NCBI GenBank assembly: GCA_965249275.1
Contig: CBDFLQ010000007.1
Location: 736,001 to 800,000, forward strand
Origin: Dehalococcoidia bacterium
GTDB taxonomy: Bacteria > Chloroflexota > Dehalococcoidia > Plut-88900
Length of the DNA stretch: 64,000 bases
Direction: 5' to 3'
The notes beneath the pieces are model-generated. The model ran no database searches. It was not told where the DNA came from and was given only the letters and a program-made list of their open reading frames with translations. The translations under genes were made by a program, and so were the position numbers. Numbering within the stretch: position 1 is the first letter of the stretch; each line of letters begins with the position of its first letter. Below are positions 8,560-18,026 of the stretch, piece after piece.

Positions 8560-9885
8560 CTACGGAGGGGATAGCGTGGGGCTCGGGGTCTGATATTTAA
8601 TTGAGTATTTCTTTTCCTGGATGGTTAAGGAAGACAGTGCGGCGGGAATCAGCAACAGGCCGACAATGCTGAAGGGAATAAAGTAATTGCCGGTTATATC
8701 GTGCATTACCCCTGCGAACTGGACACTGGCTGCGCTTCCGATCTGATGGGCCAGGAAGGCGATGCTGCTGATAGTGCCCAGCCTCTTGACGCCGTACACG
8801 TCGGCAGTGAGGGAGGTGGTGAGTGGCGCGGTTGCCCACCATGAAAAGCCTGCTATCCCCACAAAACTCCACAAGCCCCAGCCCCCCGGGACCAGCAAGA
8901 GCACGGCGTATCCGAGTCCCCGACCAGCGTATACCAGGCCCAGCAAGTTCTTTCTTCCCATCTTATCGGAGATAAGGCTTATCCCCACCACGCCCACTAT
9001 GTTCAGCCCATTCATAATTCCGAAGGCCAGGGCGGCGGTTGACTCCGTGAAACCCTTGTCCACGGCGTAAGGGACAAAGTGGGTGCCCATGATCGCGGTG
9101 GTAGCGCCGCATACGAAATAGGCGCCGCACATTTGCCAGATAGGAGCGGAGCGGAAGGCGCTGGCCCAGGACTCCGTTTCCAACGGGCCCTTAGCCGGTT
9201 CTGCAGCCGGTTGGCTGCTCTTCCCCACCTCGCGAATTGGGGTGGCCTCACCGTCGGGTAGGAGACCCATCTTTTCGGGGTTCTCCCTGATAATGAGGAA
9301 GGCCGCCGGCAGGGCAAAGACGAGGACCAAGGCGCCCAGCACTGCCCACGCGGTTCTCCAATTAGTTATTTCTATAAGGTATTGAGTGAAGGGCACCAGC
9401 AGCATTCCACCAATGGATGCACCAGCCATGCTAATGCCCAGGACGGTGGCGCGATGCCGACGGAACCACTTGGCCAGCATCGCCCCGGTTATCGGGTCTC
9501 CTACACCGCTGGTGGCAACAGACGTAACTATGCCGAAAAGGGCGATGAGGAACAGGATGTGGAAGGTCTGCATGAGCAGAACAGTGGCCACACCCAGGAC
9601 GAGAAGGCTGGGGATCACGATTTTCCGGGCGCCGTACCGGTCGTAGAGTCTGCCGACGAAGGGCTGGGTAAGGCCGTTGACCAGCAGACCGATTGACGCA
9701 GCGAGCGAGATTTCGCTTCGGGACCAGCCGAAGTCGTCGCTCATGGGTATAACAAAGACAGTGAAACTGCTGCGCCCACCCAGAGCAACGAAGTTGATGA
9801 ACAGGCACAACCCTACAATCAGCCACCCATAGAACAGAGGACTGCGAGAGGACCGGCCTGCCTGGAGGCCAACTGGATCAGCCAT
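8560..9885 (-). CDS. MFS transporter
   Basis: FYGW start, GRLYDRYGAR motif A, WF.R.R, GL.PDG; about 12 TM helices. Confidence 0.92.
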   Translation of the reverse strand: MADPVGLQAGRSSRSPLFYGWLIVGLCLFINFVALGGRSSFTVFVIPMSDDFGWSRSEISLAASIGLLVNGLTQPFVGRLYDRYGARKIVIPSLLVLGVATVLLMQTFHILFLIALFGIVTSVATSGVGDPITGAMLAKWFRRHRATVLGISMAGASIGGMLLVPFTQYLIEITNWRTAWAVLGALVLVFALPAAFLIIRENPEKMGLLPDGEATPIREVGKSSQPAAEPAKGPLETESWASAFRSAPIWQMCGAYFVCGATTAIMGTHFVPYAVDKGFTESTAALAFGIMNGLNIVGVVGISLISDKMGRKNLLGLVYAGRGLGYAVLLLVPGGWGLWSFVGIAGFSWWATAPLTTSLTADVYGVKRLGTISSIAFLAHQIGSAASVQFAGVMHDITGNYFIPFSIVGLLLIPAALSSLTIQEKKYSIKYQTPSPTLSPP

Positions 9886-10043
9886 GATGAGATCCGAGGG
9901 CTGTAGTTCGCGGGGCTAGAGCGTCAGCGTAACACTAATGTGCGAAGGTTGGCAAAGCAGCTTGACACTTGTGCGCCGTGTTAATCTAGCGCTTGGATCA
10001 CCATTCGCCTTTTCTCTACTTATCATGTGACGGAGGCACACCG

Positions 10044-11390
10044 ATGCCAAGTTCAAAAGCGACCTTTCTTACCGAGACCTATTCCGGCTATTTGCACAGA
10101 GACGTACCCACGGAGGATGTGGACCTTACGCACGTCGGGCCCGGGACCCCGACAGGCGAGTATTTGCGGCGGTTCTGGCAACCCGTGGCCCACTCCGACG
10201 AGCTGAGTGACCTGCCTGTCAGAATATGCATTCTCGGGGAGGACCTGGTTGCTTTCCGGGATGAGTCCGGGAGGGCGGGGCTGCTGGAGCTCCACTGCTG
10301 CCATCGAGGCACGTCCCTGGAGTACGGCAAGATCGAAGACGGCGGCATCCGGTGCTGCTACCACGGCTGGCTCTTCGACATCAGCGGCAAGATACTGGAG
10401 ACGCCGGGTGAGCCTGATACCAGCACTCTCAAGGACCGGCTCTACCACGGCGCCTACCCGGTCCACGAGTTCAATGGCCTCGTCTTCGCCTACATGGGCC
10501 CCCCGGACAAAATCTATCCCTTCCCGATGTACGATGCATTCACTGCACCCGGAATGAGCCTCGCCGTCGGGACGAAGAACATCAAGCACTGTAACTGGCT
10601 ACAGGTGATGGACAACGTTGTAGACCCGGTGCACGAGGCATTTCTCCACGCAGGCATAAGCAATGTTCAATTCACGGACTCTGCGGGACAGCCGATCGAG
10701 GCCCTGCTGGATGTGGGTGCGTTTGAGGTGCTGGAGTCGCCGATCGGGTTGATGTGCTGTGTAACCCGGCGGATTGACGGTCACATCTGGTCGCATAACG
10801 TCGAGTACATCGCCCCGAACATCGGCCACATCCCCCTGCCACCCGATTTGCCGCCTCAGTACAACGAGGGGCAGGACCAGGTCTGCTTCTATCCGACCCT
10901 GTTCCGGTGGCGCGTGCCCCAGGACGACACCAATACGCTGGAATTCACCTTCACCCGGACGCCGGAGGGCGAGGAAGACGCCTATACCAACAACCCCGAG
11001 TTCGCAACGATGGCACAACTAGCGGGAACTGCCAGACCCTACGAGGACAGGCAACGCTTCCCCGCCGACTACGACGCGCAGGTCGGGCAGCGGGACATCG
11101 CCGTCCACGACCTGGAGCACCTTGCAACGACAGACCGGGGAGTCATCATGATGCGCCGCATGATCCGAGACGGCATCCAGGCAATGGACTGTGGAGAGGA
11201 CCCGGTCGGCGTCTTCCGTGAGCCGATAACCGACCCCATCCCCACCTACGGCTACGAGACCTCGGCCAAGGTTCCACCTGCCCCAACCCCGGAGGAGGAC
11301 GAGAAACTGGTACGGGACACGGGGCTCCAGTTTGCGAAGGGTTACTTGTCAGAGCCACCGGCACAATCTCCGTATTTGAGGATCAAGTGA
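10044..11390 (+). CDS. Rieske non-heme iron oxygenase alpha subunit (phthalate dioxygenase-like)
   Basis: C.HRG...C.YHGW Rieske site and NW....DN.VDP.H..FLH mononuclear iron site; ATG 10044 follows GGAGG. Confidence 0.92.
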   Translation: MPSSKATFLTETYSGYLHRDVPTEDVDLTHVGPGTPTGEYLRRFWQPVAHSDELSDLPVRICILGEDLVAFRDESGRAGLLELHCCHRGTSLEYGKIEDGGIRCCYHGWLFDISGKILETPGEPDTSTLKDRLYHGAYPVHEFNGLVFAYMGPPDKIYPFPMYDAFTAPGMSLAVGTKNIKHCNWLQVMDNVVDPVHEAFLHAGISNVQFTDSAGQPIEALLDVGAFEVLESPIGLMCCVTRRIDGHIWSHNVEYIAPNIGHIPLPPDLPPQYNEGQDQVCFYPTLFRWRVPQDDTNTLEFTFTRTPEGEEDAYTNNPEFATMAQLAGTARPYEDRQRFPADYDAQVGQRDIAVHDLEHLATTDRGVIMMRRMIRDGIQAMDCGEDPVGVFREPITDPIPTYGYETSAKVPPAPTPEEDEKLVRDTGLQFAKGYLSEPPAQSPYLRIK

Positions 11391-11447
11391 GCGGGCTAGT
11401 TATGAAGGTAGTCGGGAGGAATACTCGAGACCATTCCAGAGGGGCGC

Positions 11448-12668
11448 TTGTCTAGCCACAGGTTCGATATTGCTATCGTGGGGGGAGGGGTGGTTGGGTT
11501 GGCGACTGCCCTGCAGTTGTCACGACGCTTCCCATCGGCGCGGTGTGTAGTCTTGGAGAAGGAGGACGGTCTCGGGAGGCACCAAACCGGGCATAACAAC
11601 TGCGTAATTCACACCGGCATCTACTATCGCACCGGCTCCCTGAAAGCGAGAAACTGCGTGCGCGGCGCCCGGATGCTGAAAGCCTTCTGCGACGAGAACG
11701 GTGTCGAATACGAAGACTGCGGCAAGGTCATCGTGGCTACCAACCCGGAAGAGGTCCCGGCCCTGGAGGAGTTGTACCGCCGTGGAACGGCCAACGGTGT
11801 ATCTGGCCTAGAGGTTATCGGCCCCGAGAGGCTGCGGGAGATCGAGCCCCACACCAACGGGGTGAAGGCGATCCACTCTCCGGAGACGGCAATTGTGGAC
11901 TACAACGCAGTCACGGATGCTTACGCACGGCTGTTCAGGGAGTCGGGTGGGGAGGTGTGGACGGGTGCGCGGGTCAGCGGAATAGGGTCTCGGGTGGAAG
12001 GGCTTGAGATCGACACCGAGCGTGGCTCGGTTTCCACCCGATACCTCGTCAATTGCGCAGGGCTCCATGCAGACCACATCGCAGCGATGGCGGGCGTCAA
12101 GACCAACGTCCGACTCATCCCTTTCCGCGGTGAGTTCTACGCTCTCAAGCCTGCTGCCAAGGGATACGTGCGCAACCTGATCTACCCGGTCCCCGACCCC
12201 CGCTTCCCGTTCCTGGGAGCGACATTCGGGAGGATAAAGGGAGGTGTCATCAGGAGCGGGCCCAACGCCATGGTTGCAGGGTCACGGGAGGGCTACTCCA
12301 TCACCGACTTAGACCCAAAGGAAGCGTGGACTATCCTATCAATGCCGGCGTTCTGGAGGATGGCGATGCGCTACTGGCGGACGGGCCTGCAGGAGATCTA
12401 TTTCTCGCTGAGCAAGAAGGCTTATGTGAAGTCGATGCAGAAGCTAGTGCCAAGCGTTGGTGTGGAGGACCTGGAGAAGTGGGGGAGCGGGGTCCGGGCC
12501 CAGGCAGTGATGCCGGACGGGAACATGGTCGACGACTTCGTGATTAAGGAAACACGGAACGCGGTTCACGTGATCAATGCGCCGTCTCCAGGGGCCACGT
12601 CCTCCCTTTCGATTGGCGAGTACGTCACGGACAGAGCCGCTTCCATTTTTGATCTGCCCACCGCTTGA
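11448..12668 (+). CDS. lhgO: L-2-hydroxyglutarate oxidase-like FAD oxidoreductase (paralog 1)
   Basis: HQTGHNNCVIH.GIYY..GSLKA, IYPVPDP.FPFLG, GVRAQA and NAPSPGAT motifs. Confidence 0.85.
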   Translation: MSSHRFDIAIVGGGVVGLATALQLSRRFPSARCVVLEKEDGLGRHQTGHNNCVIHTGIYYRTGSLKARNCVRGARMLKAFCDENGVEYEDCGKVIVATNPEEVPALEELYRRGTANGVSGLEVIGPERLREIEPHTNGVKAIHSPETAIVDYNAVTDAYARLFRESGGEVWTGARVSGIGSRVEGLEIDTERGSVSTRYLVNCAGLHADHIAAMAGVKTNVRLIPFRGEFYALKPAAKGYVRNLIYPVPDPRFPFLGATFGRIKGGVIRSGPNAMVAGSREGYSITDLDPKEAWTILSMPAFWRMAMRYWRTGLQEIYFSLSKKAYVKSMQKLVPSVGVEDLEKWGSGVRAQAVMPDGNMVDDFVIKETRNAVHVINAPSPGATSSLSIGEYVTDRAASIFDLPTA

Positions 12669-12702
12669 ATGGGATATCAGTCTCCGATTGGGCCTTGCAC
12701 CT

Positions 12703-13464
12703 CTACTTCTTCACCCCCCAGCACCATGCGGCAGGCGTGCCCACACCCCTCACCCCGACTACCCTACCTCCACGAGACTCTACCCACTCCTCAACTTCTT
12801 CGCCGGTGAGAGGAGCGCCATCCCAGGTCTTACCCGCCTCCCGGGTGTCTATCCCGAAGAGGCGCGGGAGCAGAGGAATACGCCACCGATCGAGGATCCC
12901 CCAGATCAGCCGTCCCCTCCACCCGACCTTCCGTCGGGTCTCGCCGTTGTACTGGAATAGGAACCCACCTCCGGGCCTTAGGACTCGGAGCATCTCGGCG
13001 ACGTTGTGGAGGACAATCTCTTCATGCGGCACGTGCTGGAAAACGAGGAAGCTGAAGGCGAAGTGAAGGGCCACGTCCGGGATGGTGGTTAGGTCGAAGC
13101 CGTCAGAGACTTCCCAGGTTACATTGTTCAGCTCGGGGCAAAGGGATTGGCCTTGCTCGACCATCTCGGGGGAGACGTCGGTTGCATAGACGGAGCGGAA
13201 GCGACGGGCGAGCGCCTTGGTCATCCGCCCCACCCCACACCCCAACTCCAGCATTGCCGATTCTCGGGCATCTATTCCAAGATTCTTGAGTATCGGGTCT
13301 ACGAAGAGCTCACAGTCCCTGTCTCCGGAGTTGAAGAACTCGTCGGGGTCCCACTTGTGCCCGACCTTCCAAGTCGAGTAGTAGAAAGCGTCGGCGTGGG
13401 CGCGTTCGTCCCAATCCCGCCTCATTCGCGGGCCCCACGTTTCTCTTATGTTGCGATCATCCAT
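12703..13464 (-). CDS. Class I SAM-dependent methyltransferase
   Basis: LELGCGVGRM, DVS.EM, VFQH and RVLRPGG motifs. The ORF-track extension to 13773 overlaps the divergent gene. Confidence 0.85.
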   Translation of the reverse strand: MDDRNIRETWGPRMRRDWDERAHADAFYYSTWKVGHKWDPDEFFNSGDRDCELFVDPILKNLGIDARESAMLELGCGVGRMTKALARRFRSVYATDVSPEMVEQGQSLCPELNNVTWEVSDGFDLTTIPDVALHFAFSFLVFQHVPHEEIVLHNVAEMLRVLRPGGGFLFQYNGETRRKVGWRGRLIWGILDRWRIPLLPRLFGIDTREAGKTWDGAPLTGEEVEEWVESRGGRVVGVRGVGTPAAWCWGVKK

Positions 13465-13615
13465 CGGAGATGGGCCATAGTAGCGGAAATGCCGGGATGA
13501 TGTGCAAGTCGGGGGAGGGAGGCGGAAAGACGAGGAAGGGAGCCGGGCGGTAGAATGGCCGGTACCGGCTTTGCCAATTGCCGGACTCTCAACACAAGGG
13601 AAAGTGAAAGATCCA

Positions 13616-14473
13616 ATGATTCGACGAGTGGCAATTATCGGCGCGGGTGGGTTCGGGGAGGTTATGTTGGCCGCAATGACCGGGCCCGAGGAACGAGCAC
13701 AGGGAGTCGAGTTGGTCGCCTCCCACAGACGGCCGGAGCGTTGTGCAGAGCTCCGAGAGAAATACGGCATCACCGTCTACTCCGACAACCGGGAGGCATG
13801 CGAAGGAGCCGACGTAATCTACCCGCTTGTCAGGCCCGATCAGATGGGGGTTCTGATGGAGGAGATCGGTCCGGGGATCGGGGACGGGCAGATAGTCGCT
13901 GCGGGCGCTGCATCGCTTCCCCTGTCATTTTACCGCCGGTATCTGTCTTCCAAATGCACCCTCGCCTGGGTCTTTCCGACATCGTATATGTCACTGAGGC
14001 TTGGCTACCTGGCCCTCTGCCCCGAACCGGGTTCGGACCCGGAGCGTATCCGAGACCTGGAATCCTATTGGGGCCGCTTCTGCGAACATGTCATCACCAT
14101 CCGGGAGGAGGCGATGGACACGTTCGTGTTGCTCCACGCGGCGGGTCAAACGTTTATATGGCCGGTGCTCAAGGCCTTCGTAGAGTTCGGGTCGGCCAAC
14201 GGGTTTACCAATGCGGAAGCGCAGGCGATAACGCTAAGCACCCTGGAGTCGATGGCGAGATGCCTGAAGACACAGGACGCCAGCCCCATAGCACTGGAAG
14301 GGATGATGGAAGAATACTCTGTCCCCAGGAGCTTGACGGAATCGGGGATTGCGGTGCTCAGGCGTAACTACGTGGAGTCGATCTACGCCCAAACTTTGGA
14401 GGCGGGGATGACACAGGCGCGGGTCAATCGGGAAGAAGCGACCCGTTCCTACAATCCCCAAAACACTGCCTAA
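13616..14473 (+). CDS. Pyrroline-5-carboxylate reductase-like NAD(P)-binding oxidoreductase (divergent)
   Basis: IIGAGGFG, ADVI...VRP, and a ProC-like C-terminal dimerisation region (SVP.S.T..GI). Confidence 0.7.
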   Translation: MIRRVAIIGAGGFGEVMLAAMTGPEERAQGVELVASHRRPERCAELREKYGITVYSDNREACEGADVIYPLVRPDQMGVLMEEIGPGIGDGQIVAAGAASLPLSFYRRYLSSKCTLAWVFPTSYMSLRLGYLALCPEPGSDPERIRDLESYWGRFCEHVITIREEAMDTFVLLHAAGQTFIWPVLKAFVEFGSANGFTNAEAQAITLSTLESMARCLKTQDASPIALEGMMEEYSVPRSLTESGIAVLRRNYVESIYAQTLEAGMTQARVNREEATRSYNPQNTA

Positions 14474-14507
14474 AGACAGGTGAAAGGACCGGATTGAGGG
14501 TGTTCCA

Positions 14508-15746
14508 ATAAATCCTAGACCGAGGCTGTTTTACGGATGGTGGATCGTCATCGGCTCAATTCCGGTGTCGATCATAACGGGGGCATTCTTCTACGGATTC
14601 TCGGCACTGTTCGACCCGATTATCGAGGAGTTCGGGTGGTCGAGAGCCCTGACCTCCGTGGCCTTTGCGTTGCAGCAAGGGGAGAGCGGGGTAGCTGCGC
14701 CGGTGGTGGGCGTGCTGGTCGACAAGCTGGGCCCGAGGCGGGTCATCATGGTGGGTGGGGTTATCTACGGGGTCGGGTTTCTCCTTCTGGGCTACATAGA
14801 TGGGCTTTGGATGTTCTACATGATGTTCCTGGTCATCTCCGTAGGGTCCAGCGGGTGCAACCCAATCGTTACATACATTGCTGCGGCCCAGTGGTTTCGC
14901 CGAAAGAGAGGCCGGAGCATGGGGATAATCTCGCTGGGCTCGGCGTTCAGCGGGATCATGGTGTACCTGCTCGTGGTGCTTATTTCCCAGTTTGGGTGGC
15001 GGACCACGGTACAGGTGTTGGGTATTGCATCATGGGCGGTCATCCTGCCGCTAGCCCTGGTATTCAGGCATCGGCCTGAGCAATATGGACTCCTGCCCGA
15101 CGGCGACGTGGCAGGGACTGATTCCCCCGTCTACTCCAGACGCACGGAGGTCGACTTTCGTTTCAAGGAGGCTGTATCCACGCGGACATTCTGGTACCTG
15201 GGGGCTGTGTTTACGCTGTGGACGCTGGTCCACGGGGCGGTAATCTCCCAGTTGATCTCTGCACTGAAGCTGGATGGAAACGTATCGTTGACCGTGGCGG
15301 GCGCAGCGGCCGCGGGGGTACCGCTATTCAGCGTGATAGGTCGGCTGGGGATGGGATCGCTGTCAGATTTCGTCGACAAAAAGGCTGTAGTGGTGGTCAG
15401 TCTGGCAATCCAAGCGATGGGGTTGGTGCTGTTAGCCAACCTTGCGACACCTTTGCTTGCTATAGCAGGGTCATTTTTCTATGGGGTGGGGTCGGGTGGG
15501 GTGATTCCCGTGCGGTCGGCGCTGCAGGCCGACCTGTTCGGGGCCCGGAACTTCGGCACGATACAGGGCGGGCTCCGGCTTCTGTCCACGGCGGGAGGGG
15601 TAGCCGGCCCGATCATGGCCGGGGGAATAGCCGACGCGCAGGACTCCTACCGGCTGTTCTACTACATATGCGTTGGGGCACTGGTGGCAACGGCGGTATT
15701 TGTGATGCTGCTGAGACAGCCTCGGGTCCCGGGTAGCCGGGGTTAG
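14508..15746 (+). CDS. MFS transporter (probable ATA/ATT start)
   Basis: In-frame RLFYGWWIV lies upstream of GTG 14565; GVLVDKLGPRR, WFRRKRG and GLLPDG motifs. Confidence 0.88.
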   Translation: MNPRPRLFYGWWIVIGSIPVSIITGAFFYGFSALFDPIIEEFGWSRALTSVAFALQQGESGVAAPVVGVLVDKLGPRRVIMVGGVIYGVGFLLLGYIDGLWMFYMMFLVISVGSSGCNPIVTYIAAAQWFRRKRGRSMGIISLGSAFSGIMVYLLVVLISQFGWRTTVQVLGIASWAVILPLALVFRHRPEQYGLLPDGDVAGTDSPVYSRRTEVDFRFKEAVSTRTFWYLGAVFTLWTLVHGAVISQLISALKLDGNVSLTVAGAAAAGVPLFSVIGRLGMGSLSDFVDKKAVVVVSLAIQAMGLVLLANLATPLLAIAGSFFYGVGSGGVIPVRSALQADLFGARNFGTIQGGLRLLSTAGGVAGPIMAGGIADAQDSYRLFYYICVGALVATAVFVMLLRQPRVPGSRG

Positions 15747-15772
15747 GGGGCAGGGAGGGGAGTCCCCGCCCC

Positions 15773-15799
15773 AGATTCCTCGCGGAGCCTCGGAATGAC
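15773..15799. repeat. REP-like palindrome AGATTCCTCGCGGAGCCTCGGAATGAC
   Basis: Imperfect GATTCC...GGAATGAC hairpin; related copies at 16598 and 16754. Confidence 0.6.
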
Positions 15800-16334
15800 G
15801 AGGGAGCAGGCGGTGGTTATTCAGTTGGGATTCGAGGGTTTGGTTTCTTGGTTTTGGTTGGTGGGGTGGCGATGGAAGACGCTCGCTGGATTAGGCTCCC
15901 TATATTTAGATAATGCGGGCATGGAGGCGTCCCGGGAACGTGGGACGGGGCTCCGCCGCCGCCTAGACCTGGAAGTATGGTCGGACGTACGGGTCCGTCA
16001 TCCGTCATAGGCTCCAATGAGGGTTGGCTGCGCTGTCCGCCGTAGGCGGGTGCAGGAAGGGGAAAGTCCAGGGTCAGTTCCCCTCGCAGGAGTAGTGGAT
16101 ATCCGGTTCGCCGCCTGTATCCAGGAGCCCGGAGTGGCGGACAGTCCAGTTTTATTTGAGGAAGCGGACGGAGAGCCGAGCGGGCCTCGGCTACGGGCCG
16201 CCCCGTTCCGCTCCATGGGACGGGTTGCTCCGTGAGGAGACTTTTAAGTACGGTCCAGGGCGTCTTCCATCGCGGGGATCAGGGTAAGGGATAGCCGGGG
16301 CCCTTGGTAGAGGAGATGGCGGCGTTCGCTTGAG

Positions 16335-16516
16335 CCGCGGGACGGCTTGTGGGCCGCCCTTTGGGATGGGCTTAGACGTTGAGTCCTCCATTACGTGGGT
16401 CGGGGCTGGGTTTCCCCCCTGGGTTTTGTTACCTCCTTGGGTTTGGGGTGGGTGACGGATCAGTCGTGGGTGAATATAGTACATGTGTACTTATTGAGTC
16501 AAGGGGCTGGTGTCAC
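16335..16516 (-). repeat. Second copy of the dispersed element at 1-164
   Basis: 50/54 identity block, shared AAGGAGGTA, and TTGACT..TATATT with GTAC-ATGT-GTAC at 16479-16490. Confidence 0.7.
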
Positions 16517-16535
16517 TTTTTGCCAATAAGGATCA

Positions 16536-16783
16536 CCCTCACCCTAGCCCTCTCCCATCAAAGGGAGAGGGGACAGGACCGGTACAGACCCCGCACCGGA
16601 TTCCCCGCGGGACCTCGGGATGACAGGGGGGCTGCGGTGAAGGTGCAGGGTGAGCGCGATATATTGTCAGAACTGGGCCGCCCCCCGCTCGACCCTTCGA
16701 GGGCCTCCCGCCTGAGGCGGATCTTCGACAGGGTGAGCAGCCACTCTCAGGGATGGGTTCCCGTGTCGGGGCACGGGAATGAT
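16536..16783. repeat. Cluster of REP-like palindromes
   Basis: CCCTCACCCTAGCCCTCTCCC..GGGAGAGGG (16536), GGATTCCCC..GGGATGAC (16598), CCCTTCGA..CAGGGTGAGC (16693), GGTTCCCGTG..CACGGGAATGA (16754). Confidence 0.6.
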
Positions 16784-16832
16784 GGGGGATAGGTATGGCT
16801 CCTCATGGGAAAGGCGGGTAAAGGAAGAGTCG

Positions 16833-17948
16833 TTAGTCAGAAGGGACAGATGGGAAAACCCTATCAAGTCTGTATTTCCCCACGGCCCCCGACTCCTTCC
16901 CCCGCCCCACCTCCTCCGCCACGGTTCGTCCAACTATCGCAGCTAGTGTTATGCCGCTGTGCATGACCGCGGCATAGACGCCCTCCACTCCGGGGACTGG
17001 GCCGATTAGCGGGAGACCGTCGGAGGGCAAGGGCCGTAGGCCGATGCGGAATTCTTCGATTGGGAGGGAACCGAGCCCGGAGATGTCCTGGGCTGCGACG
17101 TCCCGGAGGCCGTAGAGCCATGAGGGCGGCTTCGAAGTATCACTATCCTGGTCGGCCATGATGTCGAAATCGTCGCTACCAATCATGACCCCGCCTCCCT
17201 CAGTGGGTCGGCAGTGGTATTTGCCGGGGTATACGACGCCGTTAAGCAGTGGGGTCGGGGGACGAAACTTGGCTAAGACGCCAACGGAGCGACCTAATGG
17301 AAGCTGGTAGCCCAAGGGGGCCAGAATCCCCACGCTCGACACCCCAGCCGCCACGACGATCTGGTCTCCAGCCACGAACCCTAGGCTGGTATCAACCCCT
17401 GTGGCCCGTCCACCAGAAGTGACTATCTCGATGACGGAGCATGAGTCCATGAGCCGGGCGCCCATATCGACGGCCCTGTCACATAGAGTGCGGGCCAGGG
17501 TCTCGCCTTCTACCCAACGCTCGTTGGGGAGATAGAGGACAGGACCGGAGTGGTCTTTAACTCGGACGTTGGGCTCAATCTTGGAAGCCTGGTCAGAAGA
17601 AAGGACCTCATGGGGATATTCCCACTCCTCAAGCTCCGCGAGGGTGCGATCAAACGCCCGCAGACCACCGGGCATCGACCCAGGCCAGTGGAGCGCTCCC
17701 CGGGACCCGATTCCGCTGTCGGGCCCCAGCTCTTCTTCCAGTTGTTCGTATGCCTCGACACCCAGACGGCTGAAGCGGTGATAATGCTCGGGCCGCTTTA
17801 GTACGGCGTTCACGTAGGCTGTCGAAGTCCCCGAAGTCCCTCCACCCGGCCTGCCACGCTCGATCACGGTGACGCGTGCGCCCGCCGCGCTGAGATAGTA
17901 AGCTATTGAAGCGCCGATCACGCCGGCGCCTATTACTATTGCGTGCAA
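16833..17948 (-). CDS. FAD-dependent oxidoreductase (DAO/glycine oxidase family)
   Basis: IVIGAGVIG.SIAY.L, G.RP.P.DGLP.IG and HSG.TLA motifs; TTG 17948 is the likely start. Confidence 0.88.
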   Translation of the reverse strand: MHAIVIGAGVIGASIAYYLSAAGARVTVIERGRPGGGTSGTSTAYVNAVLKRPEHYHRFSRLGVEAYEQLEEELGPDSGIGSRGALHWPGSMPGGLRAFDRTLAELEEWEYPHEVLSSDQASKIEPNVRVKDHSGPVLYLPNERWVEGETLARTLCDRAVDMGARLMDSCSVIEIVTSGGRATGVDTSLGFVAGDQIVVAAGVSSVGILAPLGYQLPLGRSVGVLAKFRPPTPLLNGVVYPGKYHCRPTEGGGVMIGSDDFDIMADQDSDTSKPPSWLYGLRDVAAQDISGLGSLPIEEFRIGLRPLPSDGLPLIGPVPGVEGVYAAVMHSGITLAAIVGRTVAEEVGRGKESGAVGKYRLDRVFPSVPSD

Positions 17949-18026
17949 AGTTCCACCGGCGGTGATGATACTGAGAGTCGAGTCTATGGGCAACCGAAAC
18001 GAAATCAGGAGCCGAGTCGAATAACT

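Noticed and set aside
15795-16792. Short ORFs in the repeat-rich intergenic patch
   Set aside because: Low-complexity Pro/Arg/Gly translations running through palindromic repeats; none is supportable as a gene.
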